A DNA stretch of 64,000 bases. It comes from Bryobacterales bacterium (lineage in GTDB: Bacteria; Acidobacteriota; Terriglobia; Bryobacterales; UBA6623). The DNA lies in the NCBI GenBank assembly GCA_963422375.2, contig OY729428.2:1088001-1152000 (forward strand), in the 5' to 3' direction. The notes beneath the pieces are model-generated. The model ran no database searches. It was not told the origin of the DNA and was given only the letters and a program-made list of their open reading frames with translations. Shown piece after piece: positions 60,732-64,000 of the stretch (its first letter is position 1; the number at the start of each line of letters is the position of its first letter). The position numbers and the translations under genes were made by a program.

Positions 60732-62233
60732 TTTGTCGAAACCAGATGCGTAGCTGGTGATTCATGCCGACAATTCTCGGCGCAATTGCGGCAATACCCG
60801 CAATTCCGACCCGGTACTCTGCGATGCCGACTCCAAAGTGTAGATTTTTCTTGAAGTTCACCGCCATGGCTCGCTCGTGCACCCGCCTCATTCCGCTTCA
60901 AGCTCGCGAGTCTAGGGCTCGTGGGCCGTATCGACAGATCGCGACCCTTTCTTCAATCGGTGGCGACCATGCTGACTGGTGATCTCGCAGGAGTCGGCGA
61001 GGTGCGGTCGGCGTTCCCGACTTCGAGACATCTTGATGCTAGGCTTTGGCATGGTTTGACCCGTGCATCCGACCACAGTGCCGACCGACCAGTCCCCGCC
61101 GGACGCCAGTGGGTTGCCTGGAGCCCCGCCATGCCTGCGCCCGGGTATGAAGCTCAAGCCGGGGGCTTCGACGATGCACTTGGAAAGTTGATGCCTGGCT
61201 TGGACGGCAGTCCGCTTGGCTGACCGCAGCGAAGGAGAAGAAGGAAGCGGATGCGCTTCCACTTCCGAGTCGGCTGCGTGCGCCACCAGTACCGCCCCGT
61301 CCGCAAGGCAAAGCGCGATGAGTAGTGGTAGGAAGGACAGCAAGCACCCGTGGGGATTACCAAGGGCGATTCCCCACTAGGAAAGATGACATTCGGCTCC
61401 ACGGCGAATCGTGCCAAGGTGGCCGCACTCGCGGAGAAGGGGAATGCGGCGTCAAGTCCAGTGGCGACTGCTCGTACTCCTTGCTCTGACGGCGGCGGGC
61501 TTCGACTGTACGCACACGCGCGGCCCGTACACAGTTCGCAGACTGGATCCGGACTGGGTCGAGAACGCGCCGCGCCGCGGTATTCTCGCTGCACGACTGC
61601 TTGGGCGAGTCTCGGCCGTTCCATTGCGAATCGCGTATTGCGCAGCAGTATCAAGGCACGAGCGAAGTCGGCCCGCTGACAGTTTCCGGTCAAACTTTCC
61701 GCTGACGAGATCAGCGAGAGGCGGCGGGTGTCGAAGCAGCGACACTGCATGACCGAGCAGATGCAATGCGCGAGTGCCGTGCGCGCGGGCTTGGCCGCAG
61801 TCAACGCTGCGGTTCGGAGTTGCTCAATCCGGCAACTGCTCTCCAGATCGTTCCCGACCGGTCAAACTTACCCCGAGAATGCTGGATGCTCGACGTTCAG
61901 ACCGCCAATTGGGATGTCTGGACAGATGGAGCAGTCAGACTGCAAACAGGCTGCGGAACGCAGCAAGCGAATACTTCCCTTGCAGGAACTAGGCGACAGG
62001 CGGGAGCAAGGCCACTAGTAGCAGCAACTGAACCTTCCTGATCGTCATGCCGAGCTTCCGTTTCCGTATCAGTGGGTGGTGGCGTACACAATTGGCAGCG
62101 CGTTGGGCCCCGCGACGAGCTTCCCGCGCTCCAGCGAACGCTCCTTCGGGTGCCGCTTCGAAGTAGCTGTCGGATGCTGCCACACCCTCCCCCGCGCCGG
62201 ATGCGGCGCATTCTGGCGTGATAGGGTTGCGAA

Positions 62234-63523
62234 ATGGCCGATTCCACCCAGGCAGCGGTGCTCCTAGTCGCGACTGTCGGCGGTTCGCCGGAACCTCTCG
62301 TCGCGAGCATCCTGCATTGGAAGCCGCAACGGATCCTGTTCGTGCCCTCCGTGACGTCCGCCGATCAAGTCGACGGCATTCGCGTTGCGCTGCAAGAGCG
62401 CGGACACGAACTGCCGCCCGGCACCTACGAGGCGATTCCCGTGTCCGATCCTCAGGATCTCGCCAAGTGCGTGCGAGAGATGCGTCGCGGCTTGGAGGAA
62501 GACGCAGCGAAATGGTGCGGCCGCGGGGAGCACTTCCGCTGCGTGGTCGACTTCACCGGTGGCACCAAGTGCATGACGGCTGCGCTGTCGAATCTCGCCC
62601 GCTACTGGCCGCGTGTCGAATTCTCGTTCGTCGGGGGCTTCGTGCGCGACAAGGGCGGAGTCGGCATCGTCCAGTCCGGAACGGAGCAAGTGGTCTCGGC
62701 CGCCAATCCATGGGCCGTCTTCGGGCATCAGGCGGTCGAGGATGCGATCGTCGCGTTCGACCACCACGACTACCACGAGGCCACCGCCTGGCTACGAGCC
62801 GCGATTCCTAAGGTCCGTTCCGATCCGGCCCGAGCGAGCGAGCTGAGCGCGCTGGCGACATTCGTGGAGGGATACGACCTCTGGGACCGGACCGAGTACA
62901 GCGAGGCGTACGGGAAGTTCGGGCAGTGCTCGAAGAAGCTGAACGACCTCTCCGCGGCATTGCTGCACATGGGTCCCGAATGCCTCAGAAGGTATGTCGG
63001 CGCCGCGCGGGAAAAGTTGGAAGCGCTGAAGAGAGATACCGGGCGACCGACTCGGGCGCTGCTCGAGGACTTGCTCGCGAACGCCGCGCGGCGCAAGGAC
63101 GAAGGGCGTCACGTGGACGCCGTGGCCCGTCTGTACCGGGCGATCGAGCTCGCGGCGCAGCTGCGATTGCTCGAGGGGTTCGGGATCCGAACCGCCGCCG
63201 TTCCGGTTGCCGAACTGCCGGAAACGCTCGCCGATAGCGTCAAGCGGAGGGCGGCTGACGGCTCCGTGACACTGGGCCTGCAGGATGCCTACGCCTTGCT
63301 GCGCCACAGGGGCGACCCGCTGGGCGAGCGGTTCTTCGCCCTGAACTGGAACGGCCGCCGGTCGCCCCTGGCCGGGCGCAACGATTCCATCGCCGGGCAT
63401 GGGTTCGCGCCGGTCCCGAAGGAGACTTGCGCCCAACTCTGGGAAGGCGCCCTCGCCCTCGCCGGCCTGCGTGCCGACGAGGTGTTCCAATTCCCGACGC
63501 TCGGACTGGGCAGGCGCTCCTGA
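62234..63523 (+). CDS. TIGR02710-like CRISPR-associated CARF protein with a HEPN-like C-terminus
   Basis: ATVGGSPEP, VDFTGGTKCM, DAVARLYRAIEL.AQ and RNDSIAGHG. Confidence 0.85.
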   Translation: MADSTQAAVLLVATVGGSPEPLVASILHWKPQRILFVPSVTSADQVDGIRVALQERGHELPPGTYEAIPVSDPQDLAKCVREMRRGLEEDAAKWCGRGEHFRCVVDFTGGTKCMTAALSNLARYWPRVEFSFVGGFVRDKGGVGIVQSGTEQVVSAANPWAVFGHQAVEDAIVAFDHHDYHEATAWLRAAIPKVRSDPARASELSALATFVEGYDLWDRTEYSEAYGKFGQCSKKLNDLSAALLHMGPECLRRYVGAAREKLEALKRDTGRPTRALLEDLLANAARRKDEGRHVDAVARLYRAIELAAQLRLLEGFGIRTAAVPVAELPETLADSVKRRAADGSVTLGLQDAYALLRHRGDPLGERFFALNWNGRRSPLAGRNDSIAGHGFAPVPKETCAQLWEGALALAGLRADEVFQFPTLGLGRRS

Positions 63524-63642
63524 TCGCCGCCGATGGCACGGAAGCGAGGCGTAAAGGCCCGAATAGGCCCCGCTAGCGCCCGCGTCTCGGATAGAATGGC
63601 CGACAGACGGATCGAGACGCCCCCTGTCTCGCCCGCAGGTCA

Positions 63643-64000
63643 ATGAACCGCATTCACGGAGCGGCGTGGGCATTCGTCGGGGTCTTTGCGCTTGGCGCTT
63701 GGGCCGCCGCCATGGCCGCCCCGGCCCTACCCGACGAATTCACGCCCCAGCAACGCGCGTACTGGGCGTTCCAGCCGGTCTTGCACCCAGCTGCCCCCGT
63801 CCTGGCAGGCGCGGAGTGGGGGCGCAACGCGATCGACGGATTCGTGCTGCGCGCATTGAGGGAGAAGGGCCTGCAGCCATCCCCGCCCGCTGGCAGGATC
63901 ACGCTGATGCGGCGGGCCTACTTCGACCTGGTCGGCCTGCCTCCCGAGCCCGAGGACGCGCGCGAGTTCCTCGCCGACGACTCCCCCCGAGCCTACGAGC
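63643..64000 (+). CDS. DUF1549 (PSCyt2)-domain protein, 3' truncated by the window edge
   Basis: Manual translation: signal peptide, YWAFQP, NAIDGFV, TLMRRAYFDLVGLPP, FLAD....AYE. Confidence 0.85.
   Translation, partial: MNRIHGAAWAFVGVFALGAWAAAMAAPALPDEFTPQQRAYWAFQPVLHPAAPVLAGAEWGRNAIDGFVLRALREKGLQPSPPAGRITLMRRAYFDLVGLPPEPEDAREFLADDSPRAYE

Noticed and set aside
60740..63640. CRISPR array near the CARF gene
   Set aside because: No regularly spaced direct repeats; only one short repeat pair (CCGGTCAAACTT near 61686 and 61858).

Overview
GC-rich bacterial DNA, most consistent with Acidobacteriota (Bryobacterales/Solibacter-like; inferred from a TIGR03437-type protein, an Oar-like TonB receptor, an AroD-AroE fusion and a DUF1549 protein). 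All family names come from motif recognition by eye, not database searches. Intact housekeeping and catabolic genes include mmsA, purB, a glyoxylate reductase/glycerate kinase pair, a sulfatase, pabAB, aroDE, trpE and araB. An uncharacterised periplasmic cluster at 2.3-17.5 kb holds a c-type cytochrome, two DUF6644-like, two DUF6152-like and two pairs of Cys-containing secreted paralogs, a PQQ quinohaemoprotein dehydrogenase and a TonB receptor. Several defence-like loci are decayed: a KpnI-like HNH remnant, a type IIG-like R-M remnant, an IetA-like AAA ATPase, an ABC/AAA ATPase fragment and a two-gene Druantia-like locus. Mobile DNA comprises an IS1380, two inverted IS1595 copies and two copies of a 259-bp MITE that each sit inside a defence-like gene. 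The most unusual signal is a domain resembling the archaeal/eukaryotic ribosomal protein eL13 at the C-terminus of the gene coupled to the DruE-like helicase (51.8-58.1 kb). No rRNA, tRNA or CRISPR array was seen, although a standalone TIGR02710-like CARF protein is present.
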